NCBI GenBank assembly: GCA_964016885.1
Contig: CAXHJY010001301.1
Location: forward strand, 45,608 to 109,607
Origin: Eledone cirrhosa
Taxonomy: Eukaryota
DNA length: 64,000 bases
Direction of reading: 5' to 3'
The notes below the pieces were generated by a model. That model did not search any database. It saw only the letters and a program-made list of their open reading frames with translations, and had not been told where the DNA came from. Of this stretch, positions 38,136-51,070 are shown in pieces. The position numbers and the translations under genes were made by a program. The first letter of the stretch is position 1. Each line of letters opens with the position of its first letter.

Positions 38136-41100
38136 CCAAGGTGCTAGCAACGAGGCTGGCGCTTGTCGTAAAAAACCTGGTAGTGAAATCACAAACGTGT
38201 GCAATCCCGACCAGGTCCATACACAACAACCTCCACCTCATGCGATACATCATAGAGAGGGTAGGGTATAAACCCGGCTTCGGTGGGCCTCTGCTTGTAA
38301 GCAACTGAACACGCTCAACCCCACCATAAACACACCGTCACAAACGACAAACACACCAACAACACAATCACCACCAACACAACCAAACACTTCACCAACA
38401 AAACAAACACCCACACCACCACAATCACAAACACCAACCACAAAAAGAAAACTACAAACAGAAACGGTACACATAAAAAACAAAACACACTACACATACA
38501 TAAAAACAAGAAACAAAGAACTGGTGGAAACTGTCCGAAAGGATCCCACAATACAAACGGAAGGGAAAACTTTCCCCACAAACGACCCGTCCTCAAACCT
38601 CAAACTTATCAGGATAACAACCCTACAGTATGAAACTTTAAAAGAGAACTTCCCACATGATGTGGGCCCCCCTTGCCAAAAGCCCCTTAACCGTGTCCTG
38701 CTAAAAGGATTCCCTCCTCCCCAAACACCACAAATTTGAACATGGAGATCGAAGAACCCGATCTCCAGGAAACGAAAAGGTAAGTGTTCCTGCCTTTCTC
38801 TCCTTAACTCTTCTTCACCAACATGGCGAATATACAAGCTGGATGTTTGAATGTACATGGCTTGGGCATGTCCTGGAAACAGGGCCAGCTTTTAAATGAT
38901 CTCAGGTCACATTGTATAGATGCGATAGCCATCACCAAGTCCAGAATTCACGACAAGCAGCAGCTAACCCCCATGTTCGATGATTTTGAGATCTATGCAT
39001 CTCTCTGTCAGCCAGGAGGTGGAGGGGGAGTTGCTGTCTGTTTCGAAAAAACTTGGATCTCAAAATACAGACGATTCACTTGGACCCGGAGGGCAGCCTG
39101 GTGGTCCTGGACGTGAATGGTAGTGAAGGGGGAGTTTTCAGACTGGTGGCCGTATATGCCCCGACTGGGACATCGCGACCAGAGTTCTTAAGCGTCTGGA
39201 GCCATTCCTGGGAACGTCTCGCTCCTTAGTGTTAGCGGAGGACTGGAATGGCATCTTAGACGCACGTTGGGACTATGTAGGAGCTTGTGATAATAGAGGG
39301 GGGTGTAATAGCCTCAAAAATCTCATCAGCCAATTCCAACTGGCTGATAGATATCGACTAGACTTCCCAAGTGCACCACTGAGGACGGGAAGAAACCGCA
39401 CTGGGTCTTCTAGATCGTATTTAGATAGATTTTTAATTAGACAGAATGATAAGGAAACATTAAGCTGTCCACAAATGCACATGGTTGCCTATTCAGACCA
39501 CAAATTAGTCACCTGCGTAGTCAACCTTGATAGAACACATAGACAGGGACCCGGCTACTGGAAGCTAAACATGTCGCTCCCGGCGCGTAAGGCCTACAGT
39601 AAACGGATTAGCACCATAGTTAAGTGCCAGTTGACGGGGGCGATCGTCAACAGCAGGTGGTGGAGCTCTCTCAAGAGAGCAATTAGAATAGAATCAAGAG
39701 CATTTAGCAAGGAAGTAGCTTTAGAAAATAACAAAACTGAAAAGGAACTGGTAGCTAAAATAGAAGAGGCACTTAGGAATGGCAGTACAGCTGACGTGCT
39801 AGCGGCGAGAACGGCACTAGACCAGTTCTTCAAGGTGAAACACGAAGGTTGTATTGTCAGAAGTAGAACATGTACTCTAAGAAACGAGGGAGCCAAAGCT
39901 GGGCCCGAGTGGCAGGAGCGAAAAGTGGCAACAAATCCATAATTCGGTCTTTGCAAGACAAAGATGGACGCATTGTACTTGAATCCAAGCAGATGTGCGC
40001 GACCTTCCAGCAGCATTTTGCACAACTGTTCGGGCAAAGCGGTACATCGAGCGAGGTGATGGACTACAGCTCCTACGTCGACTCTCGAGCACGGATGCGG
40101 AGAGCTGCGAAAGACCGATCACAGGATCACCGGAGAAATAGATGCCCTAGGCCGCTGCGTGAAACGCAAATCACCCGGTTTAGATGGTCTACCCTATGAG
40201 TTTTACATAGGCATGCCAGACTTGTTCTCTGGCGTCCTCGAAGCGGTCTACTGCAACTGGCAGCAGAACGGGAGGATTCCCAGTTCTGTAGGCAGAGGCG
40301 TAGTAACGCTGATCAGGAAAGATGAGAACAAGGGGGATGAGATAAGCAATTTCAGGCCCATAACTCTGCTCAACACAGAGTTAAAGATTTTGGCCAAGGT
40401 GTTAGCAGCAAGGCTGGCGCTTGTCGTCGAGAACCTGGTAGGGGAAGCCCAAACGTGTGCAATCCCGACCAGGTCCATACACAACAACCTCCACCTCATG
40501 CGATACATCATAGAGAGGGTAGGGTATAAACCTGGCTTTGGTGGGGCTCTGATCAATTTAGATCAGTCTAAGGCATTTGATAGGGTTGACCATCAATACT
40601 TGGAAGCAGTTCTCAAGGCAGCCGGCTTCGGTCCCGTCTTCAGAGGCTGAATCGCTGCCATGCACACCAGCATCTGCTCAGCAGTCAAGGTGAATGGCTA
40701 CCTATCAGAGCCATTCCAAATCATGCGTTCCATCTGTCAGGGATGTCCTCTCTCCTCCATTCTGTATGTACTGACTCTCGAGCCGTTACTGCGGAAATTG
40801 GAGCTGTTGCAGGACATCCCGATCGAACCAGAAATGCGGAAAGAAGCGTCGGCCTATGCCGACGACATAACCGTAATGGTGTCGAAAACCTCGGAAATCA
40901 GGGTAATCGGCAACCTATTACAGGAATACGAAACGTTGACAGGAGCATGACTGAACCCAAACAAGTCTGTCGGTTTGCAACTCGGCACATGGAGAGGCAA
41001 ACCCATGCCTTCCGACAGTGTCGTTGGACGCTGGACGGAAGGACCGGTGAAATTGCTCGGGGTCTGGTTCGGTCCAGACCTCCAGGTGGACAAGAACTGG

Positions 41101-42448
41101 AACGAGGTCACGGCGAAGGTGTTTGCACTCACCCAGAAGTGGGCTGAGTGCAAACTCTCCTTGAAAGGTCGAGCGGAGGTGGCGAACACTTACATAGCGT
41201 CCGTCATCTACTACCGCTTGACAGTCGTGCTTTGCCCCCGCAAATACCTTACCAAAATGGAACGCCTACTCTTCAAGTTCCTCTGGAAGAAACAGGCTCC
41301 ATTGGTGAGGAGATTCATCTGCTGTCAACACTCTTCTAACGGAGGGCTGGGCATGCCGTGGCTGATGATGTGCAAACATGCGCTGAGGCTACGCCATCTC
41401 CAGGTGAACCGGTGTGGCTGTAGTTTTTGAGTCGAGCTCTTCCACAACGCGTCTCACTCACAGAGCTGCAGTCCTGGGTCAAGCGAAGACCGAAAATGCC
41501 TACAGGCGCTCACAGCCCTCTACCAAGCGGAAACGGCAATCGGCGGAGACTCTACTTCCACATTCTATAGGGGATTAGTGGAGGATAAGTCCGACGACGT
41601 TCTCGGGGAAACTCTAGGCATCGAGGAGGACGAACTGACCAGTCTGTTCGGGAGGACTTTCCGTCCAGGGCCTATGGATAACTTCCAGAGGTCTCTGGCC
41701 TGGCAGTGCTACCGAGGAGCTCTACCAGTTCGAGACAAAATCTACAGGCACGGACGCCCTGGCAGAGATCCTGCCAAAAGGACCTGTCCAAGATGCGAGC
41801 AGGACATCGAAACCGTTCTGCACGCAATTGTTCAGTGCCCAGGGGTGACCGACCTGTGGAATTATGTCGAACAGCTGCTGTCATGTGTGGGACGCATCGA
41901 GTTGTCAGCCGAGTCCATCGTGAGGATCACCCCGCCGCCTTCATTTAAGGACGAAGGAGAGGCGGTTTTCCTCTGTCTGGTGCTATGGCGAAAGAGGTAA
42001 TATGGTGGACGAGGTTAAAAGGACTGAGGGCAAACACCTTTCTCTCCGGACAACAACTTATCCTCTTCTTTAAGTATCACTTCAGAAGGAAGGTGAGAGT
42101 GGAGAGAGGTACTACACCCCAGTAAATTCGCTGAAAGGTGGGTGAATGTGGAAAAAATGGCCCGAGTGAATGGGCCTTCTCTGTATATAAACCTGTAGGT
42201 TGAGGAAGATAAACAGAGGGAAGACAGGAACACCTCCAAAACGTGTTCCTGGTGTTGAGGGTTGTTCTATCCACGAGGTGTAAAACAACCCTGCAGTAAC
42301 GTTCCCCTCTATTGGGGATTTCAATTGTTATTTTATTATATATAGTTTATTGTTATTTCTTAATGTTAAAGTTATTTTTATGTAAAACCCCGCCGTCACG
42401 TCTTGTAATGTCCCATTTTTGTACGCCCCTGTGGCAAATAAAGAAAGA
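38136..42448 (+). mobile_element. Tx1/L1-clade LINE copy 1 (partial ORF1, decayed ORF2: APE-RT-zf)
   Basis: ORF2 from 38823: MANIQAGCLNVHGL, DWN, SYLDRFL, YSDH, GPGYWKLN, KSPGLDGLPYEFY, NFRPITLLN, LDQSKAFDRVDH, QGCPLS, AYADD, CPRC...HAIVQC. Several stops and frameshifts; AATAAA at 42437-42442. Confidence 0.93.
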
Positions 42449-42534
42449 TATCTACCTACATATCTATCTACCTGCATATCTATCTATCTACATATCTATC
42501 TATCTCTCTCTATCTGCATATCTATCTATCTCTC
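42449..42534. repeat. (TATC)nTGCA repeat between the two Tx1 copies
   Basis: The same repeat occurs at 38101-38136 and 47467-47600. Confidence 0.85.
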
Positions 42535-45500
42535 AAATACCTCCAGAAAACCAGCTCAATTAACTCAAACGAAATTGAGCTGGTTCTAAGAAACTCCATG
42601 AAGGACATTACCTTCATACAGAAGGAAAAACTCTTTGGGAGTTTATCAATAATAATGAAAGACCAATTGACGGCACAGAAATATTCTGTGTCGCCAATTG
42701 TGTCCCCCCTCTACACCTTTTCCCCCACATATATGGGAAAAAGGACCCCAAAAATAAAACAAACAAATATCACACCAAATGTAAATATCTGGTGGATATG
42801 AGCTGGTTTCATCAATTTTGATGAAGATACAGTAATTTCGGTAGGAAAGTCCTCCAGGGGCATATTCAACGGTACAAGCTTAGAAGTTCTGGTCCAAGTG
42901 AGACCAGAACGGATAGCTAGAATACCACGTGTGCCTCTGGATGGAAATTCCTACATAAACATTTCTGTTGAGGGTAGGCGGCCTTCATGTTACCACTGTT
43001 TAAGGAGTGGTCACCTGAGGGCTTCCTGTCCTCAAACTGCATTAAAAAAAGGCACTACTGCCGACACCCAACACAACAACACAACCACCTCCACCACAAC
43101 AACACACAAAAACAAACCAAACTGCAAACACAGTTCCACCCAACCCTCCCCACCTAAAACTCCCACAAGCACAACAGCTCCCCAAAACATACTCCTCCCC
43201 AATCAAACAGACACCACAACGGACGAAGCCCCCTCGTCATCACTCAGTGATGATGAGGGAGAACCCCTCCGCTCCAAAAAAAAAAAGAAAAAAAGACATA
43301 ACATGAACAAAAAGGCAAAAACACACAACCACCAACACTAACAACACAAACATTACAAACAAAAATCCCCCCTCCCGAAAACAAAATGACAACACTCCAA
43401 ACACAAATACCCACAACAAAACGAAAACACAACAAAAATATTATACATACATAAAACACTGACAATAAAACCTTGGAGGTCATCTCCAAAAACCCTTCCG
43501 TGGAAACCGAAGGAAAATATTTTACCAAATGTAAAGGAAAACCTAATTTAAGGATGATTAAGGTCCCTACGGACACCTATAAGTCCTTAAAAGAAAACTT
43601 TGCTGAGGACGTGGGGGAATATGTGTGTTAAACCAACGAACCGCGTCCTCTTGAAACGTTTCCCCACCCCCACCAAACATCCGTCCCCACCCCGCCAGGA
43701 ACCTCCACCCTACCAAACAACCCCTCCAATACCCCCATGGACATTGTGCATCCTGGTCCCCAGGAGACGAAGAGGTGAGTGATTTCTTTTCCTCTTTTAA
43801 CTTTTCAGCACCAACATGGCCAATATAAGAGTTGGATGTGTGAATGTACGCGGCCTGGGGATGCCCTGGAAACAGGGCAAACTCTTAAACGTCCTCAGGT
43901 CGCACAGTATGGATGTAGTAGCCATTTGCGAGTCCAGGATCCACAGCGAGCGACAACTGGCCCCCATCTTCGACGACTTTGAGATCTACGCATCTCTCTG
44001 TCAGGTGGGGGTGGGGTTGCCGTTTTGCTGCGGAAACACCTGGACCTAGTAACACAGACGGTACATCTGGACCCGGAGAGTCGACTGGTGGTCCTAGACG
44101 TTGACGGTAGTGAAGGTGGAGCCTTCAGGCTGGTGGCCGCATATGCCTCATTCGGGACACCGCGGCCAGACTTCTTCAAACCTCTAGAGACTTGTATGGG
44201 AACGTCCCGCTCCCTGCTGTTAGTGAGGGACTGGAATGGAATCCTAGATGCACGTTGGGACTATGTGGGAGCATGTCCCGATAGAAGGGGGTGTAACAGC
44301 CTCAAACAGTTAATCGGCCGATTTGACCTGGCCGATAGATATCGACTAGATTTTCCGACTGTGCCATTGTGGACGTGGACTAATCGCAGCGGAACATCTA
44401 CATCGTACCTAGATAGGGTTCTAGTTAGAAAGAAGGATAGGGACATGTTAAGCTGTCCACAAATGTTCATGGTTGCCTATTCAAATCACAAATTAGTGAC
44501 CTGCTTAGTCAACATTGACAAAACCCATAGACAGGGACCCGGCTACTGGAAGCTGAACTTGTCGTTACCGACAAGCAAAGCCTACAGTAGACGGATTAGC
44601 ACTTTAGTTAAGCAGCACTTGACGGGAGCCATTGTCAACAACAGATGGTGGTACTCTCTTAAGAGGGCAGTTAGATTAGACTCGATAGGTTTTAGTAAAG
44701 AGTTAGTGTTAGATAGAAATAAGACCGAAAAGGAACTGGTAGATAAAGTAGAAGAGGCACTTAAGAGTGGCAACGTAGCCAGCGTGCTAGCGACGAGAAC
44801 GGCCTTGGACCAGTTCTTCGACGCAAAGCATGAAGGCTGCGTTGTCAGAAGCAAAATACGTGCTCTGAGAAACGAGGGAGCCAAAGCTGTTAGCTGGGCC
44901 CGAGTGACGGAGGCGAAAAGTGGCAACAAGTCCACGATTCGGTCTTTGAAGGACCAAGACGGACGCGTGATACGTGAGCCGAAGCAGATGTGCGAGGCCT
45001 TTCAGCGGCACTTTGCTCAACTGTTCGGGCAGGGCGGCGCGCCGGGAGGGCTATGGATTTCGGTCCATAGCTCGACGGCCTACCGCGACTCTCGAATAGC
45101 GAGCGAAGTTCTGCGAAAGGCCGATTTCGGCAGCTGAGGTAGGGGACGCGCTGAGCCAATGCGGCAAACGCAAATCTCCAGGTCTCGACGGTCTACCCTA
45201 CGAATTTTACGTAGCAATGCCGGACTTGTTCTCCGGTCTCCTGGAAGCGGTCTACTGCAACTGGCATCAGAACGGGAGAATTCTCAGTTCTGTGACCAAG
45301 GGCGTAGTCACGTTAGTCAGGAAGGACGAGAATAAGGGGGATGGCATAGGAAACTTCCGGCCCATAACTCTGCTCAACACAGAGTTACAGATTTTGGCCA
45401 AGGTGTTGGCAAAGAGGCTCGCGCTTGTCGTCGAAAACCTGCTGGGAGAAGCGCAGACATGCGCAATCCCGACTAGGTCCATACACGACAACCTCCACCT

Positions 45501-47464
45501 CATGCGATACATCATAGAGAAGGTAGGGTGTGAACCCGGCTTCGGTGGGGCCCTGATCAACTTGGATCAGTCTAAGGCTTTCGATAAGGTTGACCATCGT
45601 TACTTGGATGCGGTGCTCGAGGTAGCAGGCTTCGGACTCGTGTTCAGGGGCTGGATTGCTGCAATGCACAGCAGCAACATCGGCTCAAGGGTCAAGGTGA
45701 ACGGCTACTTCTCGGAGCCGTTCCATATCACGCGATCCATCCGACAGGGATGCCCTTCTGTACGAACTGACTCTCGAGCCACTACTGCGGAAGTTGGAAC
45801 TATTGCAGGGCATCCCTTTGGAACCGGGACTGCGAAAAGCGGCGTCGGCCTACGCCGACGACTTGACAGTAATGGTGTCGAGCACCTCGCAAATCGGGGA
45901 AGTCGGCACCTTACTGGAGTAATACGAAAGGTTCACAGAAGCGAAGCTGAACCGGGACAAATCCTCGGTTTGCAACTCGGAATGTGGAGAGGCAAACCGA
46001 TGCCTTCCGATGGCGTCGTCGGTCGCTGGACGGAAGCACCGGTAAAGCTGCTCGGGGTCTGGTTTGGTCCGGACCTCCAGGTGGAGAAGAACTGGAACGA
46101 GGTGACGGCCAAGGTGTTTGCGCTCGCTCACCCAGAAGTGGGCCGAGTGCAAACTATCCTTGAAAGGTCGAGCGGAGGTGGCGAACACTTTTATAGCGTC
46201 TGTCATCTACTACCGCTTGACCGTCGCGCCTTGTCTAGCCAAAACGCTCACGAAAATGGAGCACGCGCTCTTCCAATTCCTTTGGAAGAAACAGGCTCCT
46301 TTGGTGAGAAGTTCCATCTGCTGCCAACACCCCTCAAACGGAGGGCTGGGGATGCTGTGGCTGACGATGCGCAAACACGCGCTCAGGCTGCGGCACCTCC
46401 ACGTATTCCTCACCAGACACCGGTGTGGGCCCCGTTCGTGAGGTGAGCCTTCCCACGACTCGTCTCGCTGACCGAGCTGCAGTCCTGGGCAAAGACCGAG
46501 GAAAATGGGCGACTGGCACATCGAATGTGCTCAGGCGCTCACAGTCCTCTGGCAAACGGACCCGGCGATCAGTGGAGACTCCACTTCGACATTCTATAGA
46601 GGGTTGGTCCGTAGTAAGTGCGACGACACGCTCGGAGAAACTCTAGGCGTAGAGGAGGACGAACTGGCCAATCTGTTCGGTAGGACCTTTCGCCCGGGAC
46701 CAATGGACAACTTCCAAAAGTCCCTGGCCTGGCAGTGCTACCGAGGAGCTCTACCAGTTCGAGACAAGCTCTACAGACACGGGCGCCCGGGTAGGGACCC
46801 TTCGAAAAAGATCTGTCCGAGATGCGTGCGCGACGAGGAAACCGTCGCGTACGCATTTGTACACTGCCCGGGCATTACCGACCTGTGGGGCTATGTAGAA
46901 CGACTATTGTCGCGGGTGGGACCAATCCAGTTGACCACCGAGTCCATTGTCATGATCAAACCGCCACCCTCCTTCAAAAACGAGGGAGAGGCGGTTTTTC
47001 TATGTGTTAGACGGATTAGCACTTTAGTGCTATGGTGAAAGAGGTTATATGGTGGACGAGGTTAAAAGGGCTGAGGTCAGACACCTTTCTCTCAGGCGAA
47101 CAACTGATTCGTTTTTCAAATATCATTTTGGAAGAAGAATCAGGATGGAGAGAGAGGTGCTGTACCCCAGCAAATTTTATAAAAGGTGGGTGAATATGGC
47201 AAAGATGGCCCGAGTGGTTGGGCCTTCTCTCTATATAAGGTTGAGGAAAAAGAGGAAGAGAGGAAGGGAGTACTCACTCTTGGCGCTCCTGGAGATGAGG
47301 GTTGTACATTTTTTCGGGGTGTGTACAACCCCCGTGTAACGCCTCCCCCCTATTGGGGATTTCAATTGTTATTTGTTATTTTATTAATAGTTTTATTTTC
47401 ATATACCTGTATGTCAACTCCCCATTTGTCCCCTTCTTTTGTGTCCTTGTGGCTAATAAAGAAA
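42535..47464 (+). mobile_element. Tx1/L1-clade LINE copy 2 (ORF1 with CCHC knuckle, decayed ORF2)
   Basis: ORF1 remnant RRPSCYHCLRSGHLRASCP plus a Thr/Lys-rich tail. ORF2 from 43816 (MANIRVGCVNVRGL) has the same APE/RT/zf motifs as copy 1, with frameshifts. AATAAA at 47455-47460. Confidence 0.93.
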
Positions 47465-48209
47465 TTTATCTATCTGCAGATCTATCTATCTGCAGATCTA
47501 TCTATGCAGATCTATCTATCTATACATGTCTGCACATCTACCTACGTGTCTGTTTACCTGCCTACCTATACCTCTATCTATCAGCCTACGTATCTAATCA
47601 CATTTTCAATTACCATGGAAAAAAGGAACACAATGTAAACATAAGGGATATTTCCGTGGTGTTGTTGCTAGGCTACAAAGAAGTAGACATGGAAGCGGGA
47701 GATTTGTAATATATCAAACAGACTTGGTGTTGACGAAGATTAAGAATGATTGATATAAACTAGACCAACATTGGAACAAGGAGAGAAAGGAATGAGTAAG
47801 AATAGAGAAATGCCATACTTCATAGATGTCGAAACAAACAAAAATCTGGCAAGGGTGATAGAAAATATTCTACAATTAATTCTTTGGAAGTAATTTATTC
47901 AGCTGACAAAAATTGGTTGTACCTGTAATTCAAAGGGGAAAGCCTTGTCACACACTGTCACACTAAATTCTCATGAGAATTACATTAACCCTTTAACATT
48001 TAAATCGGCTGTATCCGGCCAGAATTATCTCACCCCCTTTCTGTTCAAACCGGCCGTAACCAGCAACTCATACTGATGTTAAGGTATTGTTCTCAAAATC
48101 TCTTAGATTCGATATTATGTGAGGTAAGGCCTTTACCATGAAAATATGATAGTATATATAATAGTATATATAATAGTAAATAAAATAGTAAATATAATAG
48201 TAAATATAA

Positions 48210-48956
48210 TCTCCTTATAATATATAACCAGCAACTTCTGTCTGTCTGTCTGTCCGACAGTGGAAACACGTGCGCGCGTGGTTGCTATCTCTCTCTCTCT
48301 CCAGCTATCCCTCTCTTTTAGTCTGTCTGTTTCTCTCACTCTCACTCTTTCTCTTTGTAACACACTAACATTCCTCCCCTCTATCGCTGTGACGAATGGG
48401 GAGATGGAAGAGGAGGAGGAGAGAGTCACTTCGTCACTTCACCTCTGCCTTTCTTTCTCTCCCCTCTCACTCCCTCATCACGTACAGACATTAGGGCGGT
48501 GGATTGGCAGAATCTGTAGAGTCGGACACCATGCTTCATAGCATGGAGTTACGTCCCTTTACGATCTGAATTCAAATACCGCCGAGGTTAACTTTGCCTT
48601 TCACCCTCACGGGGTCGATAAAATAAAGTACCAGTAATGTACTGGGTATTTGCTGGCCTTGTGCCAAAAGTAGAAACAATTATTAGAAACATTGCTTCAT
48701 TTTTACATATCTAAACATTAGTAAAATAACTAATAATTTCAAAAGTAATTTTTCAATTCCAATTGTTATGAACAGCAAAACATTAATAATAATTTTGTTC
48801 TAAGAAATATATATACATATTTCTGTGTGTGTAATATATATATATATACACACAGAAATATATATATATATATACCGCAGAAATATATATACATTTCTGT
48901 GTGTAATATATATATATGTATATACACAGAAATATATATACATTTCTGTGTGTGTA

Positions 48957-48999
<43 letters not shown>

Positions 49000-49253
49000 G
49001 AAATATATGGGCATTTCTCTGTTTGTCTGTCTGTCCTTCCCTAAAACTCAAATGTAGGTGCTACAGAAATACTACCTTCCCCTTCCTTTCTCCACTTTGG
49101 TACTACCAAGAGAAACACTGTCGCTATAGAAACATTACCTTCCCCTCTCCACTGACTTTGGTCACTGAGGCCGGGGGAATCGCTGGTTGCTATTGAGACA
49201 CCTTACACTAGATTTGCTAGCAGAAAACCGCCCACCGGGTGGTTTTCTGCTAG
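48210..49253 (+). mobile_element. Helitron type A (contains a SINE at ~48495-48685)
   Basis: A|TCTCCTTATAATATATAACCAGC start; ends ctagcagaaaaccgcccaccgggtggttttctgCTAG. Confidence 0.8.
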
Positions 49254-50100
49254 TCTATATATATAAAACTGAGGATGTCTGTGTGTGTGAGTTCGAATCC
49301 CTAAAACTCGAGAACCACCCAACCGACTGTTTTCAAACTTTACACATGTAATACTTATGTTTCAGGGAGTGTTCTGAGCAAAATAAATTAAAAATTTTCT
49401 ATGCCCCAGGGATCGCATTAGGCGATTTAGCGATCCCGCTCTATAATTCTTAGTCTTTCTCCTTTTAGATAGATACATGCATATAACGTCGCGCCCTTAT
49501 AATATCTGTCTGTATGTCTGGCTGCCTGCATTACGTCATTTCCCTGAGGATGTGTGTGTGTGTGTGAGTTTGAATCCCTAAAACTCGAAGTACCCAACCG
49601 ATTTTTTTCAAACTTTACATGTTTCAAGGAGTGTTATGCACATATAAAAATTTAACTTTTTTTTTTAATCTCCTAGCATTAGGTGAATAACTGCGTTTTT
49701 TAAAGATTTTTAGGGGGTTTTTGAGGCGTTACGTCAGACCGATTTCCTTGAAATTGTAACTATGTATTAGTCAGTCTCTTCTTCATACCGTGAGCAAAGA
49801 AAATCCAACTTTCTTATGGCCTAGGGCCTGCATTAGGTAAAAAACTTCCTTTTTTTTCAGCTTTTTAGGGTTTCTTTGAGGCGTTACGTCTAGCCGATTT
49901 TCCCGAAATTTCAAGGCATCACATTGAAAAAATTCATTTTATTGATCCCCTAGGGCCCGTTTCATCGAGGAAAATGTTAAAGATTATCCAGCTATCAGAG
50001 TATTCGGTTTATTTTCTTTATATATTGTCCAGGCATGCAGTTTTTCCACGATTAGGTCTGTTGGCGGCCCGCGTTCAAAAACGCCGAGTACCACTGCTAG
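49254..50100 (+). mobile_element. Helitron type B (copy with damaged 3' hairpin)
   Basis: TCTATATATATAAAACTGAGG start; ends ...aacgccgagtaccactgCTAG and lacks the cccgtgc arm present in the other copies. Confidence 0.85.
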
Positions 50101-50172
50101 TAGTAAATATAATAGTAAATAAAATAGTAAATATAATAGTAAATAAAATAGTAAATATAATAGTAAATATAA

Positions 50173-51070
50173 TCTATATATATAAATCTGAGGATGTCTG
50201 TCTGTGTGTGTGCGAGTTCGAATCCCTAAAACTCGAGAACCACCCAACCGACTGTTTTCAAACTTTACACATGTAATACTTATGTTTCAGGGAGTGTTCT
50301 GAGCAAAATAAATTTCATATTTTCTATGCCCCAGGGACCACATTAGGCGATTTACCGATCTCGCTCTATAATTCTTAGTCTTTCTCTTTTTAGATAGATA
50401 CATACTTATAACGTCGCGCCCTTATAATATCTGTCTGACTGTCTGCATTACGTCACTTCCTTGAGGATGTCTGTATGTGTGTGTGTGTGTGAGTTTGAAT
50501 CCCTAAAACTCGAGAAGTACCCAACCGATTTTTTTCAAACTTTACATGTGTATTACTTATGTTTCAGGGAGAGTTATGCACATAAAAAAATTAAACTTTT
50601 TTTCATCTCCTAGGGCCCGGATTAGGTGAAAAACTGAGTTTAACATTTTAGGGGTTTTTTGAGGCGTTATGGCAGATCGATTTCCTTGAAATTGTAACTA
50701 TGTATTAGTCAGTCTCTTTTTCATACTGTAAGCAACGAAAATCCAACTTTCTTATGGCCTAGGGCCCGCATTAGGTGAAAAACTTCATTTTTCCAGCTTC
50801 TTAGGGGGCGTTACGTCTAGCCGATTTTACCGAAATTTCAAGGCATATTATGCACATAAAAAAAATTCATTTTCTTGATCCCCTAGAGCCCGCATTAGGT
50901 GAAAACCTGCATTTTTCCTGCTTCATCGAGGAAAATCTTAAAGATTATCCAGCCATCAGAGTATTCGGTTTATTTTCTTTACATATTGTCCAAGCATGCA
51001 ATTTTTAGGTTTATTGGCGGCCCATGTTCCAAAATACCTCATCCCGTGCAACGCCGGGTACCACTGCTAG
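50173..51070 (+). mobile_element. Helitron type B (complete termini)
   Basis: A|TCTATATATATAAATCTGAGG start; hairpin cccgtgcaacgccggg, then CTAG|T. Confidence 0.9.

Noticed and set aside
39273-46856. Antisense ORFs over the Tx1 copies
   Set aside because: Shadow frames of GC-richer ORF2 sequence; no independent motifs.
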